From Takakia lepidozioides (Eukaryota; Plantae; Bryophyta): 64,000 nucleotides of DNA. Location: contig CM060734.1 of NCBI GenBank assembly GCA_030704615.1, positions 24,738,001 through 24,802,000 on the forward strand, read 5' to 3'. The notes below the pieces were generated by a model. That model made no database searches. It saw only the letters and a program-made list of their open reading frames with translations, and was not told the origin of the DNA. Position numbers and translations under genes: made by a program. Within the stretch, counting starts at the first letter, position 1. The number at the start of each line of letters is the position of its first letter. This document shows, in pieces, positions 25,000-37,600 of this stretch.

Positions 25000-27862
25000 A
25001 GTAATGTGCGCTGACCGGATCATGTATAAGGTGTACACGTCTACTCCAGCAGGCTGTCTTACCAAGGCCTAGCTCAAAATTTCAGCATTCATAAGCCCTA
25101 TAGATGTTCTATGCTTATCTCAGGTACCTTCAAGGATGCCTTACTCTCCATGCCCAATTAGCCAACATATTTTTGCTGGAGAAGATCTTACCTTATGAAG
25201 GACTTGCTTGCTCCACACCATGGTCATGGCGGGAGAGGAGGCTGATATCTCATGGCTTTGGCCTTCCCATTGCCTTGGGTTCATCACTTCAATCAGGAAC
25301 ATATTTGATAACCTTTTGTCATGCTCAGACCAAGGTGTTAGTAAATCAAACATAAAACTGAAAACAGAAGGGAGATTGGTTGATAATGTGTACAAGAACC
25401 ACCAAGTACACTGGTCTAAATCAGAGAGGGAAGATACTTATGTCTTGTCGAGACATGGACAAAGACCTGACGAGGTCATTGTAAAATTTACGACAAATCA
25501 GCCTCATAACAAGGCATTATCAACCATTCTTCATTCACGAGTCAGCTTTATGACAAATCCCAGACTTCAAAGTCAATGAAGTCTCTGGGTGGGGGGGTGG
25601 GAAAAATTAGAGACTCGATTACCACTGTTCATAGTAGGAAACCATTGTTCAACATGCTAAAAAGTGCCATTCATGACATGCCATGTCATTCAGTCTGTGT
25701 TTTTTGGTCAGCTTACATACCAAGGCATAACCAACCATCCTCATTTATTGTTGGCCCAAAAACTAGTATAGTTTTGGGTTCTTTGTATCATTGGACATAC
25801 CAAAGTGACTGAGCAGTAAGTATCCATGTCCAAATAAAGATCCATTGATCACTGTTCATGGCTGGAAATGTCTGTTTGTCTTAAAGAAGCCATTTATGAT
25901 CATAGAAGGCTTAAGAACAAAATAAGAGCATTTCTTTACATAAAGAACATCACCAAAGCAGGGTTACGGACTGATATTTGGCAGCTTATACAACAGGTCA
26001 TAATTAGCTGCCCTACTTTGCACATCAAGTCACTTATTGACACCATGTTTTTTGCCCCATGATCTGTTTTGGATCTGGGGCTGGCGTGTAATTTCAATGA
26101 CAGGGTAGAGTAATATTCCCACCTCTTATTCCATGCCCCAAGACCAAGTTCTATGTCCGGGGTAGGGAAATCATTACCATAACAGGCTGTAATCAGATTT
26201 ACATGCCATGCAATCATCCATAGGAAACACAAAGAATCTGAATTGCTCATCCCATCAGGCTTGCAGGTTACTTTGGTATTATTTATCCTAAAGCAACTTG
26301 AATACAATGCCCGAATCATTCTGTTCACATCTACCAATGTCTTACCATTTTGGAAAATAGGTAAACATTCAAGGGCATATAACCAAGGACCAGATTTGGC
26401 CACAAAAGATCCATCCATATCAGTTTGGCATGGTATCAAGTGTCCTAAAGTAACCAGCTTCTAAAAGAGGCTAAGTTTCCAATGCTTGTACATTCAAGAA
26501 CACTGTCTGGTCATGAAAACAGGTCTGCCCTACATTGTAGCATGTTACCAGATCTCTTTAAAGCCATCAGCTTGTCATATCATTGCTCCATTGTCACATC
26601 AGTATGCCATAGGGAACAAGAGATAGTCGCCGTAATGATTGATTGTCCACCATACTAGGTTAAACATAGGAGCCATCAAGATCAAAGGAAAGAGGAAGAA
26701 AGGTTTGTTCTCCCCCAAAGATACAGATGGCGTCGCTTCTTCAACTCGATTCCAATCTACTTCGAGTTTTCAAATCCACGTTAAGTGAGGACCCTCACCT
26801 GGTCCCATCACATGCAATCATAAACAGTTAAGTTAGAGACGATGTGGAACCCCAGGTGAATCGCAGGTCTCACGTTTGTTATCGCTGTACAACATGCAAT
26901 ACAAAGCAGGGGCAGAAAGGAAACACAGCATATGCAAGCCAATACCTTGATGGCTTGTGGAAGAGAGGCCTGCGCCATAGCTCTCAAGACCAGCAAACAA
27001 GAATGCACAACAAAGCATGCACAAAGAAAGTGAATCGCCCAAACTTAAAGGAGTTCAGACACTTCCCCGAGGCCTTAAGATCGCCGCTTGTACCTTAACG
27101 ATCAATGAAGGTCACAGCAAGCAACCACAACACAGGTAGATCGCCCGCCAAGCATTAGAGACAACCGCCACAGGGAAATTGCAGGTACTGCCGCCATTGC
27201 GCACCCCGAGAGGGGAAAAAGGTACTGAATCTTGCCAGAACACCTAAATGCCTTAATGGCGCAGCTCCATGGCATTCAAGGGCGCCTGAATCGAGGTCCA
27301 TGCGCCCCCCGCCACCATCTCTCAGCTCCAGCCATCCCTTAAGCACGATCGTCGTGCAGAGGGTTAGGGCAGGGAAGAGATGAAGCGCGATTTCCCGCGA
27401 TTTCATCCACGTGATTTCCCACGATTTCATCCATTCGGGATGAAATCCATCACACGGGATGAACTCTACCGTGCAGGATGAAATCTATCGTGATTTCATC
27501 CGTGTTGGATGAAATTGTCTATCGATTTTTCATCCGTGTCATCCTCTGAGGATGACATCCATTTATGGATGAAAAAATTAAATAATAGGATGGCTCCATT
27601 AGGATCCTGACCTTATACCAAAAATCCGGGTAATGTAAATAACCGAAATTAACCAATTCCAAGAAGGTTAATTAGGGGTTAGGTAACATACCACTGGTCT
27701 TAAACTATCAAGTTTTAAGAGAACCAGCCAGATCCATGGAGGGAGGGAGAGAGAGGGAGAGAGATGGAACCCACCAACCATCCCCTGGTATGGCAGCTCC
27801 TTATGGAGTGAGTGTGGTATGCACTCACCCCGTAAGGGAGTGCATACCAGACCCCATCACAT
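25000..27862 (-). repeat. Unclassified ~3.2-kb repeat family, copy B
   Basis: Homology blocks with copy A, GGATGAAA motif cluster, hairpin at 27816-27848, and direct CCCATCACA at 26804-26812 and 27853-27861. Confidence 0.65.
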
Positions 27863-28391
27863 AAATGACCTCCCTCTTCTTTGTAGCTTTTACTTCTGGT
27901 TACAAAGGAACCATAGAAATAAACATGCCTTTAATCTCAACTCTCCAAGGTCAACAAACAAAACAAGCCGTGACAAACAAATGTACATCAACACTTACAT
28001 CAGAATGTAGAGTTTTACCTTTTAGCTACACATAAGCTCTGATAATGGAAAGATGAGGCCAATGAAGGGACCTTAACTCCGAAATTCATGAAGCAACAAA
28101 CAGGAAAGAAACTTTTATCAACCCTTTAGTGTTTACCTAGCCCATATTTTTGGGTACCACATGTGTACAAAACCAATGGGGGTAGGTTTAGGCAATGAAT
28201 TTTTTTGCCATTGGCATGTACCTGCCCTTCAATTACGTCCTCATTTCCCCCAGCCATACAAGGGGGACATCCCCAGATTTGTCTCTCATGTAGACCACTA
28301 CAGGTTCTAGAAACAAAATTGTGGATCTTTCATAGCACACTCACACTCAAAAAATTCCATAGATTTTTAGCAGAGTCCAAAAAACTAAAAC

Positions 28392-28420
28392 TAGATAGGT
28401 AGATAGGTAGATAGGTAGAT
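28392..28420. repeat. (TAGATAGG)n short tandem repeat
   Basis: tagataggtagataggtagataggtagat. Confidence 0.9.
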
Positions 28421-29282
28421 TTCCCCTTTCTGCAGCCATCCCCCTAAAAACTAAGTCAAACGGAGTCCATTTGACAAAGATATAACCAATTAGGCTCTAA
28501 ATCATTTAAATTAGATCAAAAGGGGTTTTTTTTTTTTAACACCAAAACGTTCTCGCCATTAAAAACTGCTCCCAAGTCATCTACGAGTTCCCAACACGTC
28601 CATGTAGTTCTCACAGATTCCCTGGATTTCACCTACAGGTGTTTCAAACATACACCTGTGAACTGCTCTGCTCCAGCCAAGATCTGTAGCTATGCCGACT
28701 CTGGGGCTTTGATCCTTCACATCCACTCCATCTAGCACACCCTTCCATGCCACACTTGACGTGCACATGCCTCAGGGAAGCAATCTGAACAACTCTAACT
28801 TTGACCACCCACAATGAACTCCTTCGCTCTTCATCACGGTTGCCAAGCTTCTATTGCAAGCACATGTAAATGAATTATGTGGAGCCTGAGTCACACATCT
28901 GCCCCTTCAGTTGATCACTTGTCTATCAAGGCATTTTCCCACACCTAAGTGGGTTATACCCTGTCTTAATCACACTCCCTCAGACCAGATTTCAGCCATG
29001 TCATCAGTCGCTCCAACCTAGCAAACCATCGCAGTTCATCTCTAACAGACCTCAATTACCTCTCCTCATACAATGCAAGGAACTAATCTTCATAGGAACA
29101 GAATCTAACTCCTACCAACTCGTCTAGCTCTACCAAGTTCTGCGCTTTTGCCTCGCCCAATCTGCATCAGCCCCCAGGGTGCAAAACCTAAGATTTTGGT
29201 AACACAGGGCGCACGCTTCTCGCAGACTTATTCCAAATGTTGTGCCTCATAACAATGCACTGCAAAATACCCTCAGATCATG

Positions 29283-30150
29283 TCATATGACCGAAACACC
29301 TCCCAAAGATTGTTGTGTTGCATTCCCTGAAACACCAGGCACACTAGTGCCCAGCGCAGGAGAGCTTTGGGAAAGTCGGCCATTCCCTGCAATTGACTGC
29401 CCGTTTTCCAAAGAGATTCCTCCGGTCCCAAATTTGCTGTCTAAATGCTGGAGACCTGGAGCACCACCCTGGCCAGTTGTTATCCCTGGCCGAGCATGGT
29501 CTAGAGGTTGCAGAGGTCCTGGTTCTGACTTCACGTGTGTTAGCTGCGAGGCTTGAACAGGCAAGAGCTTCTTGTCTCTTTGCTTTCGAAGCTTCTTCTG
29601 ATTGGAACCTAAGGGCTGAACCTTGGTCTGCAGGTCCGAAGATTGGTCTGAAGAGAGAGCAAGTGCAGATGGCAGCTGCCCACCAGGTTCTGACAGAGTA
29701 TCATCGGGGCTTGTCCCTGCATTAGGGATGGCTCGAGTGCTTGCATCACGGAAAAGAGAGCCTAAAACTGCACGCATACGTTGATGGTGTCTCAAACAGT
29801 ACACCTTGGTGGCCATTGGTAAAGGATTAACCTCAGCCGTTTCATGCAGCTTCCCGCCATACTGGGGGCGATTATTGTTGGTTTTGAATTGCTGCAGCAA
29901 CACTTCGAATGGTTTCCGCCTTCCTGTTACTGCCCATTTGTTTGCTTCAGTGTGCAATTTACAGGTCAAGGATCGGCGACAACAGGCACCAGATTGCCCC
30001 GTCACCACCCCACAAAGCACATCTAGCTCCTCCGTTGTCAACAACTTTGGTCTTTTCCGAGGTGGTGATTTGGTGTCCGCCAGACTTGTGCTTCCTGGCC
30101 CCAGCCCTGCTCCATCCTCTCTTGGTCATCCTCTCGGCGTCCTTGCCAAG
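29283..30150 (-). CDS. SCA7 zinc-finger protein (SAGA subunit SGF73/ataxin-7-like), terminal exon; upstream exons not located
   Basis: LDVLCGVVTGQSGACCRRSLTCKLHTEANKWAVTGRRKPFEVLL is an SCA7 motif; PLPMATKVY...RMRAVL; AG acceptor at 30151-30152. Confidence 0.8.
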
Positions 30151-31089
30151 CTAACCCATAAGCACGACAACCGCTTCTCATTCGGCCTTCACTACTCGCA
30201 CACATACATATGATCAGAATGAGTCTGAGTTCCTACTGTCACCACCAACCAAAACCAAGAGGCAGGAGCCCTCCTCTAATTGCTATGCTTCCCATGACCA
30301 TCTATATACCCAGAAACCAGAGATGATCGAAACCTGCATGTTTTTTTTTCTTTATTTTTATTTTTTTTAAGCTTCTCAAACTAAGCACTACTTACACACA
30401 GGTAATCATACAAGTGCTAACCCTCAACTCCTACCTTGCACTCACAGGTAAGAGATCATCTCTCTCGAGTGATAAAAACTTAGACTCACACTGTTGACAC
30501 AAAAACATGAAATACAACACCATCACTCGTTAAACTAAGAGTCGAGCCAGGGGCACCCCAAGCTATGGGGACTCCACCCCACAACATCATATTCTCCCTT
30601 CATAAGCACACTCAGATTCTAAGCAGTGAAGGAGCTCGGTCGTGCAGGCTCAACTCGAGAGAGATGAGCCGCACGACTGACGAGCTCGTGAAGATAAGAT
30701 GGTTCAGGTGTCAAGCTAAACTTGACACCTGACTTAACACTTGAACTAATTCCAAGTGTTAAATACAAATAACTAGATTATTTCTAGTTAGTTTCACACT
30801 GTGTTTATTTAACTTGACACGACGTATTTAAAAAAAACATATACACAAAATATAATACATACAAAATATAGGGCCCACCCTCGAAAGGGGCAGGAGCCGC
30901 AAGGCGAAGTGGCTCTTAGTTACGCCGGCGGCCGGAGTTTTTATTTTTATTTTTAAGAAAAACACAAAATATCATAGTCAAAGCGACCCCTCTGTAATAT
31001 TTATGATCTTCTGTTGAGTGGAATTATGAAGACATCCTGAGTCCAGGTGGAACCCTAGTTTGAGTGACAGAAAAAGGAGGGAAAAAAAA

Positions 31090-31605
31090 CAAAAAACACA
31101 CCGTGCTTGCTAAGCGACCCCCTATGTGTCGCTTAAGCAACGCCCCCCCCCAAAGCACATAGTACGACCCCCGGGCCTCTTGCAGTAGAAAAAAAACCCC
31201 CCCAACACCCCCCCCCCAAAAAAGTAAACCCCCAAAATGCGACGCCATGTGCGTCGCAGTAAATCTGCGACGCTTTTGGCAGCGTAATGCGCCCCCCTGC
31301 CCCCACCCCACACACAAAAATCCCCAAAATGTGACGCTCTGGGAGTCGCAACAAAACTGCGACGTTTTTGGTGGCGTAAACCCCCCCACCCCCAAGAAAA
31401 CCCCAAAGGTGTCGCCCTGGGCGTCGTCGTAAAAATGTGACGCCTTTTGTAGCGCTTAGCGTCCCCTTAGGCGTTGCAGTAGAACTGCGACGTTTTTTTT
31501 TTTTTAAAACAAAGTAAAAACAAGCGACACATTTTCCGTCGCTTGAATTAAAACAATATAAAACCCAACCCCAAATTTGAAAATTGTGTCGCACAAACGA
31601 CGTAA
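31090..31605. repeat. Cluster of GCGAC/GTCGC motifs, resembling DNA-transposon subterminal repeats
   Basis: About 15 GCGAC(G)/GTCGC motifs in both orientations among poly-C and poly-A runs. Confidence 0.55.
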
Positions 31606-32109
31606 TTTTTTAAATTCATATCTCGTGATGGATGATAATCATCCATCGCGTGCTAAAATCAATGAATATATGCCCATGTCCGTCGGACATGGGCAACGGT
31701 TTAATTTTCATTAGCCACGAACTCATTCAAAGCCGCAGCATCACTTGGATCTAAAGAGTACAAGTTTTGAGATAGTTCAAATGTCATAGTCACTGTTGAG
31801 AGTATGGTATCAACATCAATCCACTACGTATCACTGGAATCATATTTGAACTTTAGGTGACCTCTATCTGATTTCATCCTGATGGATTAGATCTGGATGA
31901 AATATGAGAAACTTCACAAGGATGGATACATTGTACTGTAGATAAAACCCTTTATTACATTAACTTTTAAGTAAAACTCTGGATTTTTTGTGACCCTTTT
32001 TAAAAAAAAACTGGGTGAAAGGATATTGCCCTACCATATTTTCTAAATTTTACCTCAAAAAAAAAATTACACCCTATATTTGTTCTCACGTGGTTTTGAA
32101 AATACGCAG

Positions 32110-32530
32110 AGTGACCCCCCTAAGCATGGACTACATCAAATCAATAATTATAACATCAGATGTATACTTAGCATCTCTGGAACGAAAAGCAAGACTCAAA
32201 GATGAGGCCATTAGAGCACGTGAGCAGAAGAAAGAGGAGGCCTTTGCGGCCAAAACCAAACGTGCGGTGGAAAAATGAACCCAAGCTGAGGCTAAGTGGG
32301 TCCGGGCCGAGGAGCATCAGGCCAAGAAGGCCTTCGACGCGCGCTGGTCAGCGGAGGTTATGCGGAGGCAGGGGATAAACTACATGCAGCCATTAAAAAA
32401 CAACACTCCATTTCCACCAGGTGCTTAGGTCCACCTATTCTGCGAGTGGGCTCCAGCCATGTGCAAACACAATCAAAAAATGGCCATCGCCAAACGCCGG
32501 GCCAAGCAGCGTGGTGAAGACAACAGCCCT
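32110..32530 (+). mobile_element. Possible C-terminal remnant of a pogo/Tc1-like DDE transposase
   Basis: DYIKSIIITSDVYLASLERKARLKDEAIRAREQKKEE coiled coil resembles such tails; no DDE core seen. Confidence 0.35.
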
Positions 32531-33766
32531 TTCACCGTTATTTCTCCCCCATGGGCGCATCAATCAAGAGTGGGGGGACCACCTGCAATGGGCGAAAATT
32601 CTGTAGCAGCGGGCCATGGTGGGAAGAGGAGCAACATGGAGGGAGACGACCACGAAGATGGCGGGAGGACAAACTAGGGGAGTTGGTGCCGGCCAGTGGA
32701 GGAGACACCTTGGTGCACAAAAATGACAATTTAGGGAAGGACATGGTGGGATCGGCACCATGGGGGGCTTTATACTACCTATCTTCCTGCTCACATTTTC
32801 ATCAAGTCGAGTTTTTGTTCGACACGTTTTAGACTTCTGTTTGGGCTGGCCAGGCCTCATTAATCTCAGTAATTTTAATTGGCTTCAACACCATATGATA
32901 CCCTTTTGCTTCAGTGGGCCAGGCTGTGAGGTGCCTTAATGGGCTCTGATGGTTGGTCAATGGAGTTAAGTTTAGGTGCACAACTCGTGCAAGACATGCC
33001 ACATACACAATTTTTTTTAGTATCAATTTTAGTGAGTGGCTCTCATTTTAAGATTATAGCATCTTCAATGCGCCTGTGGGACCCGCCAGTATGGCCCATG
33101 GCTTCATAAGCCCAGCGCCCATCCATCGGGTCCGCCGGAGGGTCCAGTGGACAATCCAGTCCATTTTGGAGAGTCTAATGGAGGGTCCACCCACTCTGCA
33201 GAGTCCGGTGGACCCAGAGTCCCCTGGAGGGTCCACTCTACAGTCCAGTTCTGAGTCAGCTGGAAGGTCCGCCGTCGTAGAAGAACAAGACTTAGGAAAA
33301 TTTCAGAAAGAACTAGTATACAAAATGTTTAATTAATAACACACATTACCACCTGACAAAATTTGAAGACCGAGCACTTTACCACCTGTCAAATTGAACA
33401 CCAAACCTCATACATCTTATTCATTGCTCTTAACTATCACACTACCCACTACTTTCTAAAAGCATTAGAACTATTTAATGTTTTATCTATATTACCAGCT
33501 CGTGCAGACAGGTCATGGGCCCCTCTTGGCTGGACCTACCGCGCTTGCCCGGACCCAGCAGTGGCAGACCCAACAGCGGACCCAGCATCAACAGACCCTC
33601 AGATGGGTAGAGGCGCTCCCACCCTCCACGATCCTCTCCGCTACACGTGGGCACCGCCATAGGCGCCGCGGAGACTCTATTATCTATAATGAGAAGCTTA
33701 GTGAGCAATAGCCCCCTCTAGTGCTCAGATATGGGATAATGTGTACATGCACTTTGATAATTCATA

Positions 33767-33942
33767 ATAATTAATAATTAATATTTGACGCCGCCCGAAG
33801 GAAGCGTAAATTATGGTGTCTATTCACCCCCAAGGGTTACTGCCTTCCGCTAGGAAGGTGGACACCTTTGTGACACCACGGGTGGATTGAACCCACAACC
33901 ACTTCCGAGGTGGTATGACCACTGGGCTACAACTTGGTTGTC
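33767..33942 (-). mobile_element. tRNA-type SINE, copy 2, A/T-rich tail
   Basis: Reverse-complement homologue of 738-915; 11-bp TSD GATAATTCATA at 33756-33766 and 33943-33953. Confidence 0.85.
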
Positions 33943-34657
33943 GATAATTCATATTAATTAGCCACCTCATTCTTCAAATAAACTGATGCTAATCTGCTCG
34001 TGTAATTTTTTTTGTTCCTGCACCCTTTGTGTGGGCCGCATTGCTTAAATGCTCAGTAACTACCTTAGAGAATTCATGATATGTTGTTTGCAGGGCTTTG
34101 CAGGCATACAGGTGCACCCAGTTTGGGTAGAACATCAGAGAAAGTACTCATAAGACGTTGTTTGCCGTAGCCTTGTGGCCATTGACCCCGCGCTCAGTTT
34201 GAGCGGAACACAAAGGGACAGAAACCACCTTTGTCAGAACCAGAGAGAGAGACACACACACTCTCTCCGGCCAAAACTGCCATGACAACTACATATGAGC
34301 CCACCCCACCAACACCTGTCAGTCCTTCCCACACCACTAAGGACGGATTTGGCATAAGCCGAGCCTTGGACTTTCCCAATGGACAACAATTCTGTACATT
34401 GCATTTTTGTGGTTATCTGTAAGATCCGAGTTCATAAAAAATCTGCATTCTCCTGCAAGCTGTCGTAAAGAACTGAGAATCCTCTCAAACCAAGAAAACA
34501 AGTCATTCTTACAAACTTATCTACAAAGGGTAGAATTTGTTCAGACTCAGGGCACAACTCTACAGTAAAACTATCAGTCTTACTCCTGAATGCCAAATTT
34601 CTTTTTAGAATAGTCTGGTTTGTGGGTTTCTAAGTCATAGAAGTGGCCATGTGAGCT

Positions 34658-37600
34658 CTATCCTAATGTAAGTTCGGCAGCAGCACCCATTGCCAAAGGT
34701 CCCCCTCTCTCTAACAGAGCAATTGCAAGGTCCTGTTCATGCCAGAATCTGAGCCCTTTGGCAAGCCTTCGCAGTGTCTCAATTTCAAGGTCCAAAATCC
34801 AATTAGGTGTGCAGGTTATCATCAACGCCAAAAAACCTACCACATATGCTCTCCATATAGTTTGCTCACACCCAACTGAAATTTCCCCCTCCAATCCACC
34901 AGCCAAGAAGTCCATGTGGGAACCTAACACATGCTGCCTCCGCATTTTAATAGGAACACCAGTACTTCCAGGCGATGACTGGGTGCCCTTAGATCCAGAA
35001 ACGCCCCAGGCAAGCGCCCCAGAGAGCAGGGCAAAGTGAGCTATGGCATAACCTTCCAATATAATACCACCCCCACTTTGCGTGGATTTTGAACCACTAC
35101 CAGACAGGAACCAGGTCGGTAAACTTTCGGTGAAGAGTTTTGCCACTAATGTTGTGCCTCCTGACACATACAAGAAAGATGCTCCTAAGGAAGATGCCTG
35201 TACTGCTCTGGACATAGACGTGGCCAAGGATGCCTGCACACATCGTAGTCGCGCTCCCTGTCCAGCTGTTACACTAGAATCCACATTGCCTTGCGCCCCT
35301 AAATCCCTGGCTGCTTCATGCACTAGTGCCAGTGTTTCATCACTTAAAAACATGATGTCGTGGAGGGTTGGGTAGGAGCGTAGGTACAGAATCCCTGGGG
35401 CAATAGGATCAGTTCTACTGAGAGAGGAGTGTGACCAAATGCCATGGCCCAGGAGGGCTCCCACACCCCCATTTACCTGCAACTTGTTACGCAGTGCAGA
35501 AGAAGTGGAAAGAGTGACAGAAAAGCAGCTGCGCAACAACTGCAAGACAGCCTGTTTGTTCTGCTTGAAGACTGAGCATGATGCTGCGAACACGATGTAC
35601 TCCTGCCACCTCCGCACCTTTTGGGACCACAAAGCTGCAACCACTTGCATACTGGGCCAGGGGCCACCCCCTGCACAATTCTCCAGGGCTGGACCTGCCA
35701 CACTCAGAATCATCTCTGCAGTCTTATCCAGCTTGAAGGTGATGGTAAGTCCTATCAGAGCTGCCAGGGGCAGTGGCAGTGAGACTGGTGCATTCCCACC
35801 TCCCAACCCTGTCATTACAAGAACACCACACTCCACCAGCTCAGTGATAGTTCAGTACCACCCAAGCCCTACCTAGCGACCAAGCAGACATTCCTTACTT
35901 CAAAGACAAAGTTACATTGTCATTTCAGCATTCAGGTTCTTACAGACATGCTGAATAATAATAAGCAATCCAATATGCATTTTGTAATCTTCGACAGTGC
36001 AACAGCGGATTACTACTCACAAAATGTGGATAAAATCTACGTGGCAACAATACCTTGTAGATGATATAGGGAGAGAGGCTGAGGAAGGGGTGTAGAAGAA
36101 ATTACAGACGAAATTCAGAGTGAAAGAGACTTCAACAAGTCCTGTCCTGGTGACTCAGATAGATTTTGCAATACTTAGAAAGAGGAAAGGCAATACCAAG
36201 AAGTGCTATTACAAATGAAGCCATGCTGAGGAAGACAGGAAGTAAAGCACCTGTTGGATTGGGAATATGAACGCCAGTAGCTGCCAGGATGTCTTGCACC
36301 TCAGCTTGTATCGAAAGAAGATTGGCCGCTGGACTGGGCCAGTCCTGTCCATTCATCGATGCATATTTCCAGAGTCCACGACTTACTTCAGCTGAAAAAT
36401 AGCTCACAATGGATGCAATAGTTGCTGGCAGATAATCCACCAAATCTCGAAGCGCTGCGTAAAACATATTAACCACCTCAGTTTGATCCACTAAGATCAA
36501 GAAATAATATCTCACAAGAACCTGAACCAAATGCTAGCCTCCTGAAAGTAGGACATAATATCCTTGTGGATACCTCATCCCCAGCAGAGCACACAAGCTT
36601 TGGAAGCTTGCTAATCAGATGCACCAATGGGAATCAATGGAGACTCTGCAGCAAGGCCTGAATACCTCACACCACATGGGGGTGACTCTTCCATCGAATG
36701 GAGGGAAGACGTCAACATTATTACCTGTAGTTAAATCACGAGGAGACAACCGGCCATGGGCACATGCAGTGAGAGCAGCTTCTGCCACAAAGGGAACAGC
36801 TGAAATTATTTCCCAGGCAGTCAAAACTGGCCGCCCTGACACTTCATCATGTGCAGTCGTATTATTCCCAGAGGGCCCGGTCGTGGCTGTAGTGCCAGAT
36901 TTGTTCAACTTTTTGAACATCATGGAGAGCAAGCGGTCTGCCACCTGGTGCACTGGATTGTTCCGCACCAGACCTGACAGTGTGGAGGCAATGCATGCCT
37001 GATGCTGAGTATACCAGGCCTTGAGCCGGGGAAAAGAGTCCAGTGATATGATTGGTGCTGCCATCCCACTCTTTGACTGTCCCACCGAGTGCATGTAACT
37101 GGTGCCAAGAGCTTGCATGCGTTTGCTTTGCATATGGTCCGAAAGACCATCTTTTAAAGTCTTATCTGAGGGCAGCGTTGACATGCTACCTGAATAGGAT
37201 GACAGCTGCAAATTGCGCAACTGAAGTAGGTATTCAAGGCTCAGATCAGCACCAAGACCAGCGCCGCTACCCAGTAAGCAGTGCTCCAAAGGGGGTCGAT
37301 GAAATTTCCACAGCTTGACCAGCTGAAGGAAGGCTAGGGAGAATAAAGTATGAGCTGAAACCTCCTCTCCAGAATTTGTTGAGAGTGCCTTAGCATTGGA
37401 GATCGAGCCAAACACCTCACATATGGGCAACAGTGACGCTGCCATCTCTGGGAACTGCAAACATCAGGCACCCATTCAAGATTTTGCATCAAGTAGTTTG
37501 GACTCTTCAGGGAATCTATGAAACATTTCTGAGACAGGCCAAGCAAATGGTGCTGACATGCGGTATGGAGCAACCCAAGAGATGGACAATCCAGGAGACT

